From: Leucoraja erinacea
Taxonomy: Eukaryota
Length of the DNA stretch: 64,000 bases
Assembly: GCF_028641065.1 (NCBI RefSeq)
Contig: NC_073400.1
Coordinates: 19,282,001 to 19,346,000, forward strand
Reading direction: 5' to 3'
Below the pieces are notes generated by a model. It saw nothing but the letters and a program-made list of their open reading frames with translations. It made no database searches and was not told the origin of the DNA. The translations under genes were made by a program, and so were the position numbers. Below are positions 50,950 through 62,709 of the stretch, in pieces (position 1 is the first letter of the stretch; each line of letters starts with the position of its first letter).

Positions 50950-51104
50950 TCATGCGGATGGCCCTCGCTCCAGGCACAGCTCGCACGCCCGCTCCCCCAA
51001 ACAGCACCGCCCTGGCAGTAAGGCCAGCAACACGAGCAACAGCAGCAGCACGGCGCTGAGGACCACGCCGATGCGTCGGTGCGGAGAGCAGTGGGCCGGG
51101 GAAC
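50950..51104 (-). CDS. B7-family Ig gene exon 4 (transmembrane helix and short Cys-rich tail)
   Basis: ttgcag acceptor; SPAHCSPHRRIGVVLSAVLLLLLVLLALLPGRCCLGERACELCLERGPSA*. Confidence 0.8.
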
Positions 51105-51292
51105 CTGCAACACAGGGGACTAGTCACACACAGATCGTGCAAACTCCGCATAGGCAGCACCAGCAGTGAAGATCGAAGCCGAGTTCAGAGCGGGTAACGG
51201 GAGGGAGGCGTGGCAGGAATACAGAGAGGGATGAGTGGCGGGGAGCAGCGGTGCGGAGCTGCCTCGTGTGGTACGGGCTGAGGTGGTATTAC

Positions 51293-51634
51293 CGTCGTTG
51301 TTTGAGCAGCGGCCCGGCATGGAGACGCTGCCCTCGCTCCTCCCGGCGGGGCACGTGGCGCGGCTGCTCTCGGACCGGTTGCTACCGGGAAGGCCGAGCA
51401 CACACCGCAGGGCGGGCGCCTGGCTCACCGCCACGTCCAGCCAGCTCCGGAGCCCGAAGGTCCCATCCGTAGCCGGCATCGTCTTCGAACCCGAGGCCCC
51501 GGGCCCGTACGCGCTGCCGTTGTCCCAGCGCCAGCTCAGCTTGGAGGAAGGGTAGCCGCCTGTCGCCAGGCATATCAGCCTCACCACGGAATCCGGCTTG
51601 GCTTGACAGCTCACCCGAGGGACGCTGAAAGGAG
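51293..51634 (-). CDS. B7-family Ig gene exon 3 (IgC domain and stalk)
   Basis: APFSVPRV...LICLATGGYPSSKLSW...DGTFGLRSWL...LRCVL; ccccag acceptor, G|gtaat phase-1 donor. Confidence 0.85.
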
Positions 51635-51685
51635 CTGGGGAAAGAAGCCACAGGAGGGATTACTTTCAGTTCAACCACCATGGCA

Positions 51686-52839
51686 GGCTGCTCTGGAAGG
51701 TTAGATCGCATGGGATTCAATGAGAGGCAGCTGAACGGATAGAAAATTGGCTTCGTGGAACGAAGCAGAGGGTGATGGTGGAAGGTTGCTTCTCGGACTG
51801 GCGGTCTGTGATTAATGGTGTGCCTCAGGATTCGATGCTGGGCCTGTTACTGTTTGTCAACTACATCAATGATTCGGTTGAGAACATACACGGCAAGATT
51901 AGCAAGTTTGCAGGTGATACAAAAGTGGGTGGTTTTGCAGATAGTGAAGATGGTTGTGAAAACTTGCAGCAGCATCTTGATCGATTGGCCAGGTGAGCTG
52001 AGGAATGGTTGATATAATTTAATGCAAAGGAATGTGAGGTTTGGCATTTTGGGAAGTCTAACATAGGCAGGACATACACAGTGAATGTTAGGGCTCTGGG
52101 GAGTGTTGTAGAGCAGAGGGATCGAGTAGTGCAGGTACATGACTCCTTGAAAGTGGAGTCACGGGTAGATCGGGTGGTCAAAATGACTTTTGGCACATAG
52201 GCCTCCATCAGCCAGAATATTGAGAATGGAAGTTGGGAGGTCATGTTGCAGTTGTAGAAGGCATTGGTGAGGCCGCTTCTAGAGTATTGTGTTCAATTCT
52301 GGGCACCGTGTTCTGCGAAAGATGTTGTCAAGTTGGAAAGGGTACAGAGAAGATTTTCGAGGATGTTACCAGGACTAGTGGGTCTGAGCTATAGGCAGAG
52401 GTCAAGTAGGCTGGGACTCTTCCTTGTAGTGCAGGAAGATGAGGGGTGATCGTATGGAGGCGTATACAATCATGGGAGAAATAGATCGGGTAGATGCACA
52501 GAATCTCTTACCCAGAGCAGGTGAATCGAGGACCAGAGGGTCTAGGTTTAAGGTAAAGGGGAAAATATTTAATAGGAATCTGAAGGGTAACATTTTCCAC
52601 ACAGTGGATGGTGGATATAAGGAACAATCTGCCAGAGGAAGTAGTTGAGGCAGGGACTATCCCAAAATTTAAGAAACAGTTAGACAGGTAGATTGATTGG
52701 ATATGTTTGGAGTGATATGGACCGAATGTGGGCAGGTGGGACTAGTGTCGCTGGGACATGTTGGCTGGTGTGGGCAAGTTGGGCTGAAGGGCATGTTTCC
52801 ACACAGTGTCACTCTATGACACCGCTGTGACTGCAAAGC

Positions 52840-52883
<44 letters not shown>

Positions 52884-55800
52884 CTCTAGTGCTCGTGAGG
52901 GTAAGGGCAGAAATATTGGGGAGATTAATATGTGGCCAAGGAGTTGGTGCCGGGGGCTGGGATACCAATTTCTAGACCATTGGGAATTCGAATGGGGAAG
53001 GGGTGGCCTGTACAAGAGGAATGAGTTGCACCTGAACTGGAGGAGAACCACTATCCTGGCAGGCAGGTTTGCTAATGCTACATCGTGGGTTAAACTAGAT
53101 TGGCATAGAATTAGGATTGTATACAAGACCAAGGCAGGTGAGAGGTTAGAAGTTGATATGGAGATTGATGAGAGACATTATAGAGGACAGAATAGGCAAG
53201 AGAAAGGCAGGGAGTGATTAGATTAGATTAGATTTTATTGTCATTGCACTTTTCAGTGCAATAAAATGATTTTGCCTGCAGTCATAACATAGAATAAATA
53301 ACAAAACAAACACTCAACATAGTTTAAAGTCCAGAAGTCATTGTCTCTTCGCTCCTTGCTCTCCCTCTGCGCTGAGGCAATCCAGGCCTCCGATGTTATG
53401 ACTCCGCCGGGTGATGGTAAGCAAGCCCTGCGGCTGAATGCCAGCTCCGCGAACGGGCCGGTTCAAAGTCCGCGATGAAGGAAAGTTGGTTTCAACTGCA
53501 CATATTATAATGCAAGAGGCGTGACAGGTAAGGGAGATGAGTTTAGATAATTAGAGAGCTCGGAAAAAATGCTGAAAAGCAGGACCTCCAGGGTGGTTAT
53601 CTCCAGTTTGCTTCCAGTTCCTCGTGCTGGCGAGAGCAGGAACTGAATGCGTGGCTGAGGAACTGGTGCAGGGGGCAGGGATTTAGATTCTTAGACCACT
53701 GGGATCTGTTTGGAGTAAGGGGGAACTGTACAAAAGGGACGGATTGCACCTTAACAGGTGGGGGACCAGTATTCTGGCAGGCAGGTTTGCCACTGCTACA
53801 TGGTGGTTTTAAACTAAATAAGGGGGGGGGGGGGGGGGGGAGTTAAATGGGATAGTCAAGGACGGAGTTAAAGGGAAAGAGAGTAAAGGGATAGTTAATG
53901 ACCCAAGAATTAATGGGAAAGAAAGCTCACAAAGGGATAGGAGAGTATGGACAAGTGTAATAGGGATCGATGTGAAAGGTGAGATGCGTAAGGAATTAAA
54001 ATTATTGTATATGAATGCGCGAAGTATAAGAAGTAAGGTAGATGAGCTTGAGGCTCAGTTAGAGGTTGGTAGATATGACATTGTGGAGATTACTGAGACG
54101 TGGCTGCAGGAGGATCGGGCCTGGGAACTTAATATTCAGGGTAATACATCCTATAGAAAGGAAAGGCAGGTGGGCAGAGGAGGGGGGGGGGGTGTAACTC
54201 TGCTGGTGAGGGATGGCATTCAGTCCCATGCGAAGGAAGACAATAGGGACTGGCGAGGTAGAGTCACTGGATTGAGTTGAGGAACTGTAAAGGCATGAAG
54301 ACTTTGGTGTTATCTATAGACCCCCCAAATAATAGCACAGATGTAGGGTGTATGTTGCAGCAGGAGTTAAAACTGGTATGTAACAAAGGTAATGCCACTG
54401 TAGTGATGGAGGATTTCAATATGCAGGTAGACTGGGAAAATCAGGTTGGTTCAGGACCCCAAGAAAGAGAGTTTGTAGAATGCCTCCAAGATGGATTCTT
54501 AGAGCAGCTTGTAATGGAGCCGACCAGAGAAAAGGTAATTCTGGATTTACTGTTGTCTAAAGAACCAGATTTGATAAGAGAACTCGAGGTTATCCCACTT
54601 TTCAAGAAAAGAGCAAGAGAGAAAACGGGGAATTACAGACCAGTTATCCTGACTTCGGTGGTGGGAAAGATGCTGGAGTCAATTATTAAAGAGGTAATAA
54701 TGGGGCATTTGGATAGCAGTAAAAGGATTAGTCCAAGTCAACATGGATTTATGAAAGGGAAATCATGCTTGACTAATCTTCTGGAATTTTTTGAGGACAT
54801 GACAAGTAAGATGGATGAAGGGGAGCCAGTGGATGTAGTGTATCTATACTTTCAGAAAGCCTTTGATAAGGTCCCGCACGGGAGACTTCTGACTAAAATT
54901 AAAGCACATGGTATTGAGGGTAGGGTGTTGACATGGATAGAAAATTGGTTGGCAGGCCAGAAGCAAAGAGTAGGAGTGAACAGGTCCTTTTCAGAATGGT
55001 AGGCAGTGGTGAGTGGAGTGCCACAAGGCTCGGTGTTGGGGCCGCAAATGTTTACTAAACATATTAATGATTTGGAAGAGGGAATTAGGAGCAACACTAG
55101 CAAGTTTGTGGATGACACAAAGTTGGGTGGCAGTGTGAACTGTGAAGAGGATGTTAGGAGGTTGCAGGGTGACCTGGACAGGTTGAGTGAGTGGGCAGAT
55201 ACGTGGCAGATGCAGTATAATATAGATAAATGTGAGATTATACACATTGGAGGCAACAACAAGGGGGCATATTATCATCTCAATAGGTAAGGTGGAAGTG
55301 CAGCGAGACCTGGGTGTCCTTGTACACCAGTCACTGAAAGTTGGCGTGCAGATACAGCAGGCAGTGAAGAAAGCTAATGGAATGTTGGACTTCATTACAA
55401 GAGGATTTCAGTATAGGAGTAAAGAGGTTCTTCTGCAGTTGTGTGGGGCTCTGGTAAATACCACATCTGGAGTATTGTGTACAGTTTTGGACCAATTTGA
55501 GGAAGGACACCCTTTTGATTTAGGCAGTGCAGTGTAGGTTCAGGAGATTGATCCCTGGGATGGCAGAACTGTCATATGAGGAAAGATTGAAAAATGGGGA
55601 ATCGTATAGAAACATATACATTTATAAAAGGACTGGACAAGCTGGATGCAAGGGAAATGTTCCCAATGTTGGGCGAGTCCAGAACCAAGACAGGAGGCCT
55701 TTTAAGACTGAGGTGAGAAAAAACGTTTTTCACCCAGAGAGTTGTGAATTTGTGGAATTCCCTGCCACAGAGGGCAGTGGAGGCCAAATCACTGGGTGGA

Positions 55801-57170
55801 TTTAAGAGAGAGTTAGATGGAGCTCTAGGGGCTAGTGGAATCAAGGGGTATGGGGAGAAGCAGGCACAGGTTATTGATTGGGGACGATTAGCCATGATCA
55901 CAATGAATGGCGGTGCTGGGTTGAAGGGCCGAATGGCCTCCTCCTGCACCTACATTCTATGTTTCTATAAGTACTTATGGCGGGGACATTGTAGCCATTA
56001 TGGAGACTTAGTTAAGAGAGGGGCAGGACAGGCAGCTCAATATTCCAGGGTTCAGGAGAGACGGGGGTAAAAGAGGAGAGGAAGTTGCATTATGAGTTTA
56101 GGAGGATGTCACGGCAGCGGTCAGAGGTGACATTATAGACGGGTTGCCCAGTGAGGCTATATGGGTGGAGCTGAGGAACAAGAAAGGGATGATCACCTTG
56201 TCAGGGGTGTACTACAGACCCCTGAACCGTCAACGGGAATTAGAAGTACGAATATGCCAGGAGATTGCAGACAGTTGCAGGTCAAATAAGGTTGCCATAG
56301 TGGGGGATTTTAACTTTCCTAATGTTGACTGGTAATATCACAGTGCAAACGATGTAGACAGGTAGAATTTGTCAAATGTGTTCAGGAGGAATTCCTCCAG
56401 AAATATGTAGAGGGCACCACATGGGAGAGGGCAACACTTGATCTAGTCTTATGAAATTGGGAGGGGCAAGTGGATGAATTGTTTGTGGATGTGCCTTTTG
56501 GGACCAATAACCGCTGTTCGATTAGGTTCCATGGGATTCAAGGAGAGATAGCTGAATGGATAGAAAATTGGCTTCATGGAAGGAAGCAGAGGGTGATCAT
56601 GGAAGGTTGCTTCTCGGACTGGCGGCCTGTGACTAGTGGTGTTACTCAGGTTTTGATGCAGGACCCATTGCTATTTGTCATCTACATCAATGATCTGGAC
56701 GAGAACGTACATGGTGGCATGGTTAACAAATTCGCAGATGACACACAAAGGGGTGATATTGTAGATAGTGAAGATGGTTGTCAAAAATTGCAGCAGGATG
56801 GCCGAGGAATGGTTGATGCAGCATTAACATGGGCAGGAGCTACACAGAGGATAGGATAGACTTAGAGCAGGGGTTCCCAACCTTTTCCGTCCCGTTTACC
56901 CCTGGCAACTTTAATAGCACATGACAATATTATTTCACTTATTTATGGACAACTAATGATGAACAGATACCGGTATACCGGAACCAAACACAGTCAGTCA
57001 ATGAGAAATGTACTCCCTGAGGGTAAATTTACCCCAGGTTGGGAACCCTTGATTTAGAGGGATACGGGCCAAACGCAGGCACGTGGACTACTGTAGATGG
57101 GACATGTTGGTCAGTGTGGGTAATTTGGGCCGAAGGGCTTGTTTCCATATTGCAAGACTCTATGACTCAC
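51686..57170 (+). mobile_element. Cluster of several CR1 LINE copies filling intron 2 of the B7-like gene
   Basis: ORF1 esterase, endonuclease (YMNARSI, ITETW), RT (NYRPV, SQHGF, FQKAFDKVPH, GVPQGSVLGP, KFVDDTK) and 3' tails, with stops and deletions. Confidence 0.92.
56868..57051. mobile_element. hAT (Charlie-like) MITE inserted in a CR1 tail
   Basis: TIRs CAGGGGTTCCCAACCT...AGGTTGGGAACCCTTG; 8-bp TSD ACTTAGAG/ATTTAGAG. Confidence 0.85.
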
Positions 57171-57543
57171 AGCCCCCCCCCCCCCCCCCCCCCCCCCCTC
57201 AACAACCAACTCTGACCAACTTCCCACCACCACCCTTAAGAATCCCTGATCTATCCCTCCTCCCCCTCTACCTCCCGTTCTGCTGGCCCCCCCCCCCCCC
57301 CCCCCCCGGCACCCCTACCATTACCCCCTCTTTACTGCACCCCACCACTTGCTCTCCCCCATATCTGGCAACTCAATCTCTGCCACTCTCGCTCAGGCCA
57401 CTTTCTGCCCCGGCTCCCCCCCTCCCCCCCCCCCCCTCACTCGCTGTCCTCTCATTCAGTCACCTCTCACCCTCTAACTTCCCACTCTTTATTTTTCTCC
57501 CCACTCCCTCTCCCCCACCTCCCCCATCCTCCCTGCCACCCAC

Positions 57544-57930
57544 CTGTAACGGTGAACTGAGTGTCGATCTCGGTTTTCCAGTCCCGGGTGCGCACTATGC
57601 ACCGGTATGTGCCCTCATCCTGAACCGTGACGTTGTGCAGGCGGAGAGACGCGTCCCCCAGGTCGAGCAGCGTCTCGTTGATGGTCGCCCTTCCCATGAA
57701 GCGGGCGTCCTGGTACTGGGGTTGACTCGCCCCGTCGTAGTAGCTGTAGACCACCAGGGTCTTGGCGGGGTTCCGCAGGCTCCACTCCACGCCCAGGTCG
57801 GAAGCCCGGGGCCGGTTGAAGTGGCAGGTCAGCGTGGAGGACTGGCCCAGCTGCGCCGGGGCAGGGCTCAAGGTCAGGGCATAGGTCAAAGTCAAGACTA
57901 GAGTCAGGACCGGAGTCAGGGGCAGGGTCT
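57544..57930 (-). CDS. B7-family Ig gene exon 2 (hydrophobic leader end and IgV domain)
   Basis: LTCHF...VEW...YQDARFMGRAT...GDASLRLHNVTVQDEGTYRC, the B7/butyrophilin-type IgV signature; phase 1/1. Confidence 0.92.
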
Positions 57931-58182
57931 CTGCAAACGGAGACACATTGTGACTGGCATCGTCCACGGGCTGAACAGACCGAATATCCCAGCCCTCCAT
58001 ATCATATCCCACACCCGGGATCACAATGTCACACTCACTCACACACTCACAACCCCAACCCCCACCCTCACCACCTTCTTCAACCCCACGCCCCCCCCCC
58101 CCCCCATCGCTACCACTCTCGCTACCACTCTCCCTCATCCCCCCCCCCCCCCCCCCCACGTGGCGCCTGTGACCCGCGTTAC

Positions 58183-58234
58183 CTGCGCGCACCAGGAACT
58201 GCGCTGCCCCGCTGCCTCTCCGTCCGTCCAGCAT
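58183..58234 (-). CDS. B7-family Ig gene exon 1 (leader start)
   Basis: ATG, MLDGRRGSGAAQFLVRA, CAG|gtaacg phase-1 donor matching the phase of the next exon. Confidence 0.7.
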
Positions 58235-59025
58235 ATCGGTCCCCTGTCGCTATCTCCTGGTGCGGGGGGTGGGTATCCGCTGGGGAGTCTTGCCCTCTCT
58301 CAGTCTCTCCCTCCTATCCTCACGGTCCCAGCCGGCGGCCGCTGTCTTGTGACCTTCATGCCGGTCACGTTGACCGGTCCCTGTGCGGTGGGATGTGTGT
58401 GTGTGGGAGTGGGAGATCGAGAGGGGGAGGGGGAGGGGGGAGACGTAGTGGGATAGGAGAGGGGAGAGGGAGAGAAAGTGCGGCGGGGAGAAAGGGGGGC
58501 GGGGTCAGTGTGAAAAGGGACACAACGTTCGGGGAAAGAGGAAATGTTCTCGATGGGGAAGGAATGTGTGTTGAGAGAGACGAGAGGTGGAGGGGGAAGG
58601 GGGAGAGACAGTGCGAGGAGTGCGAGGAGTTGGGGTGTACATGTGGTGAGAGGGACGGAGAGAGTTACGGCCTCCCGAGTGTAGCGGCGCTCCTTCCACC
58701 TGTTGCTGAGGGCTGGGCTGTTCCTGGTTCCTTCCGAGACGGGTAGGGGAATGCACCGCGCTGATGTGAGAACGGGCAGGCAGCCAGGGAGAGCGTTAAC
58801 CCTCTCGCCACCTCTCCCCACCCACAACCCGGGAGGCCCTCCCCATCGCAGGCGTTAACCCTCACACCCCACTCCCTTCCCCGATCCACTCCCACCATCC
58901 ACACCCCGGCAGCCACCTCACATCGGAGGCCTTGGCCCCCAAACCTCACTCCCCCTCAACCCCCTCCTCCCGCCCGGGATTTCGACAGAGGTGTCCAGAG
59001 TCCAGATCGGTGTTGAAATATTGGT

Positions 59026-59031
59026 TTTATT
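59026..59031 (-). terminator. Polyadenylation signal of the ATP6V1A-like gene
   Basis: AATAAA on minus strand about 40 nt after the stop codon. Confidence 0.65.
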
Positions 59032-59073
59032 TTTCACGGGGAGTTTGGAGAAGCGCCTATAGAGCGCGCACCT

Positions 59074-59166
59074 TCAGTCCTCCAAGTTATGGAACGCGTT
59101 TTGCATTTCTTCCAGCAGCAGCGCGTAGTCTGCCTTAATCTTCGCCTCCCCGTCTCTGATGGGGTC
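59074..59166 (-). CDS. ATP6V1A: V-ATPase subunit A-like last exon
   Basis: [30 protein letters not shown]. Confidence 0.95.
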   Translation of the reverse strand, partial: DPIRDGEAKIKADYALLLEEMQNAFHNLED

Positions 59167-59455
59167 CTGGGGGAGGGAGGGGAGGGGGGGCAGTGGCAAT
59201 TAGCAACACTTTCTTAAACCTCTTTGCTGCACCGCCCCCCCCCGCCCTTTGTCACACCTCATTCGCTCTCCTCCCGCTCCCTCTCTCCCTCCACATTTTC
59301 CCTCCCCCTATCCACCCCCCCCACCTCTTTAATCCTCTCTCTCCGTCTCACCGACCCTTTCTTCCCAGCCTCCCTCCCTCCTCCCAATATCTCGCACTCC
59401 CTCCCTCCCTTTCTCCACCCACCCTACCACCACGCCCCACCCTAGGGTCGCTGAC

Positions 59456-59627
59456 CTTGAACTTCATGGCACTCAGCTTGTAGAGGACGTCGCCCAGGTT
59501 GTCTCGGATAATGGCCCAGGTGAGGCGGTTATCAGAGTGAGCCGTGGTCTCCACCGAGTGTCGCGCCAAGTCGTAGAAGGCGATGATGTTCTGCAGGATC
59601 CCCACCGTCTTGTAGAAGGGACAGTAC
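59456..59627 (-). CDS. ATP6V1A: V-ATPase subunit A-like penultimate exon
   Basis: 172 nt; [26 protein letters not shown]...KLSAMKFK. Confidence 0.95.
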
Positions 59628-61349
59628 CTGCAGTCAAGGCGTGGAAACAGGCCCTTTCAGTCTACATTGGTCCCATCTGACTGGGTTTGGCCCATATTCG
59701 TCTCAGTTCGTCAAGTCAAGAGAGTTCAAATTCAAGTCAAGTCTCGTGTCCCAGATAGGACAATTCTTGCTTTGCTTCAGCACAACAGAATATAGTAGGT
59801 ATGAATATAGAACAGATCAGTGTGTCCATATACCATTATATAAATATATACACCCAGCTCAGGTGTGGTTGGATGATTCAGTTGCCCGATAACTGGGACG
59901 AAACTGTCCCTGAATCTGGGCGTGCGCGTTTTCACACATCTATACTTTTTGCCTGATGGGAGAGGGGAGAGGAGGGAGTGGCCAGGTTGCGACTCATCCT
60001 TGATTATGCAGCTGGCCTTGCCGAGGCAATGTGAGGTATAAATGGAGTCAGTGGAAGGGAGGTAAGTTTGTTTGGTGGCTGCGTCCACAATTTTCTGCAA
60101 TGTCTTGTGATCTTGAATGGTATCAATGTACCTGTCCAAATGGTTGTTAAATGTTGTGATAGATAGTACCTGACTCAAACACCTCCCTCGGCAGCTAGTT
60201 CCACCCTTTGTGGAAAGAAAAGTTGCCCATCAGGATCCTATTCAATATTTCGCCTTTCACCTCTCACCTTAAACCTGTGTCCTCTGGTTCTCAATTCCAC
60301 TACTCGGGAGACCTGATTTGGAGGCCAAACCACTGGATTTATGGAGGCCAAATCACTGGAGAGATTTATGGAGGCCAAATCACTGGAGGGCTTTAAGAGA
60401 GAGTTAGATAGAGCTCCATTTGGGCTAGTGGAGTCAAGGGATATGGGGAGTAGGGAGGCACGGGTTATTGACAGGGAACGAACAGACATGATCACAATGA
60501 ATGGCGGTGCTGTCTCGAAGGGCCCAATGGCCTCCTCCTGCACCTATGTTCTATGTTTCTATGTTACTCTGGTCAAAAGACTGCATTTAACGCATCTATT
60601 CCTCTCATGATCTTATAAACCTCTGTAAGATCACCGCTCATCCTCCTGCGTTCCAAGGAATAAAGTATAGCCTGCTCAACCTCTCCCTGCAGCTCAGGCG
60701 TGGCCTCGCTGATGCAAGAAAGAATTTCATTGTTCCATTGTCTGTAAATATTACAATCAAACATTCGTGGTTCTGTATTTTGAAATTTCCACCCTGGGAA
60801 AATTGTCCAGGCTGTCTACCCGATCTTCATGGGGGTAACATACAGAGGTGCAAGGAAAGCAGAGCGGCTTGGGAATATGTGTTGAGCCACAGAGAGAACA
60901 TGCAGCTTCACATGGTCACAACATCACACAGATTGAAGCTGCAGCAAGGCCAGCTGCTTGCCCGCTGTTTGCTCCGAATGTTAACTCCGCGTCTCCCTTC
61001 ACTGATGTCCTCAAACCTACTGTGGTTGAGGACATTTCCCATTCCATCTCCCATTTCCAGCAGACTTTCGTTTTATACAATGAAAAAATCCTGAGCGGTC
61101 GCCTGGAACAGCCCAGAGAGAGGGGCAGAGCAACCTCCTCCTATCGCTCTGCCCACCCCAGCCCCTCTCCCCTTGCATCCCCCAACCTGAACCTCTCCCT
61201 CCTCACCCCGAATCCCCCCACCTCTCTCCGAATCTCCCCCCCCCCCCCCGCCTGAATCCCACACCCCCTCTCTCCCCTGTAATCCCCCACCCTGAATCTC
61301 TCCGTCCTTCTCTCACCCCGAATCCCTTCCCCTCTCACCCCACCCTCAC

Positions 61350-61444
61350 CTGTCGTAGGGGGCGTGTCCGTTCTGCTGCAGGAAGTCGTCCTTCAGCAGT
61401 TTGGCCACTTCCAGCGTGATCTTGTCCAGCTCGGCCAGCGATGC
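61350..61444 (-). CDS. ATP6V1A: V-ATPase subunit A-like exon
   Basis: 95 nt; [32 protein letters not shown]. Confidence 0.95.
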
Positions 61445-61900
61445 CTGTGGAATGGGACACACACACACACTCGCAATGGGCCATGGAGAGAGTGCAGGGG
61501 TCGCGGGTGGAGACTCAGAGAGAGTGGATGGGCCACTGGGAGAGTGGAGGGGCCCTCGGGGAGAGTGGAGGGGCCACGGGCAGACTAAGGGACAGGGCGC
61601 GGGGAGAATGGGGGGTGCGGGTCTTCGGACTAGTGGAGCCACGACTGGAGTATCGTTAATCTGTCCGGTCGCCAGACTAGGGGCAATGTGGGAGTACACT
61701 GGAAGGGGGGGGGGGGGAGAGGGGGTGCAGAGGAGATCCACCAGTGCAGGTGTAGCGTCTGGCCAGAGGCATGGCCTGTGTTTCCCTCCACGGACGGTGC
61801 CTGACCCACAGGCTCCTCTCCTCCCATCCTTGGCCCCAGATCCCAGTATCCGCACTCTCCCCCGTCTCCAGGGACGGAGCGCGACAGTTACACACTGACA

Positions 61901-61958
<58 letters not shown>

Positions 61959-62709
61959 GCGGTGTTCCTGAGCTGATGCAGCTGAACACATGATGGGGAC
62001 AGAGTGGCAGTCTTTCACCCATGCTGGGGTGTTATGGAAGCTTAGGTACAAGAGTAGGTCTTTCGGCCCTTCGAGCCAGCACCGCCATTCAATATGATCA
62101 TGGTTGACCATCGAAAATCAGTACCCCGTTTCCTGCTATTCCCCCATATCATTTGATTCCGTCGAGGATTACAGCGAAGGTTCATGAAGGGGTGGAGTGT
62201 GCAGAGGGGTTTGAAGGGAACTTGATTTCCTCTTCCCGCAGTGACCACGGAGTGGAGCCAAAGAGTCTCACAAACACCAATCGTGAAGGCAGAGAAGGTT
62301 ATAGAACAAGTACCGGTGAACGGGATCGGTGGAGATGGGACTGCATGTGGGCCGAAAGGCCTCGTTCTCGGTTGAATGACTCCACACCACACACGCACAC
62401 AATGTACAGACATACTCAAACATACACAGACACATAAACAGACCCCCACACACACAGACACACAAACTAACACAAACAGACATATACAAATATGAAGGTA
62501 CACAAAAAAGCTGGAGAAACTCAGCGGGTACAGCAGCATCTATGGAGCGAAGGAAATAGGCAACGTTTCGGCCCGAAACGTTGCCTATTTCCTTCGCTCC
62601 ATAGATGCTGCTGCACCCGCTGAGTTTCTCCAGCTTTTTTGTGTACCTTCGACTTTCCAGCATCTGCAGTGCCTTCTTATACAAATATGAACACATTGTG
62701 CGGCCTCAC

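Noticed and set aside
60318-60390. Triplicated ggaggccaaatcactgga motif
   Set aside because: Local duplication at a CR1 fragment junction; no sign of function.
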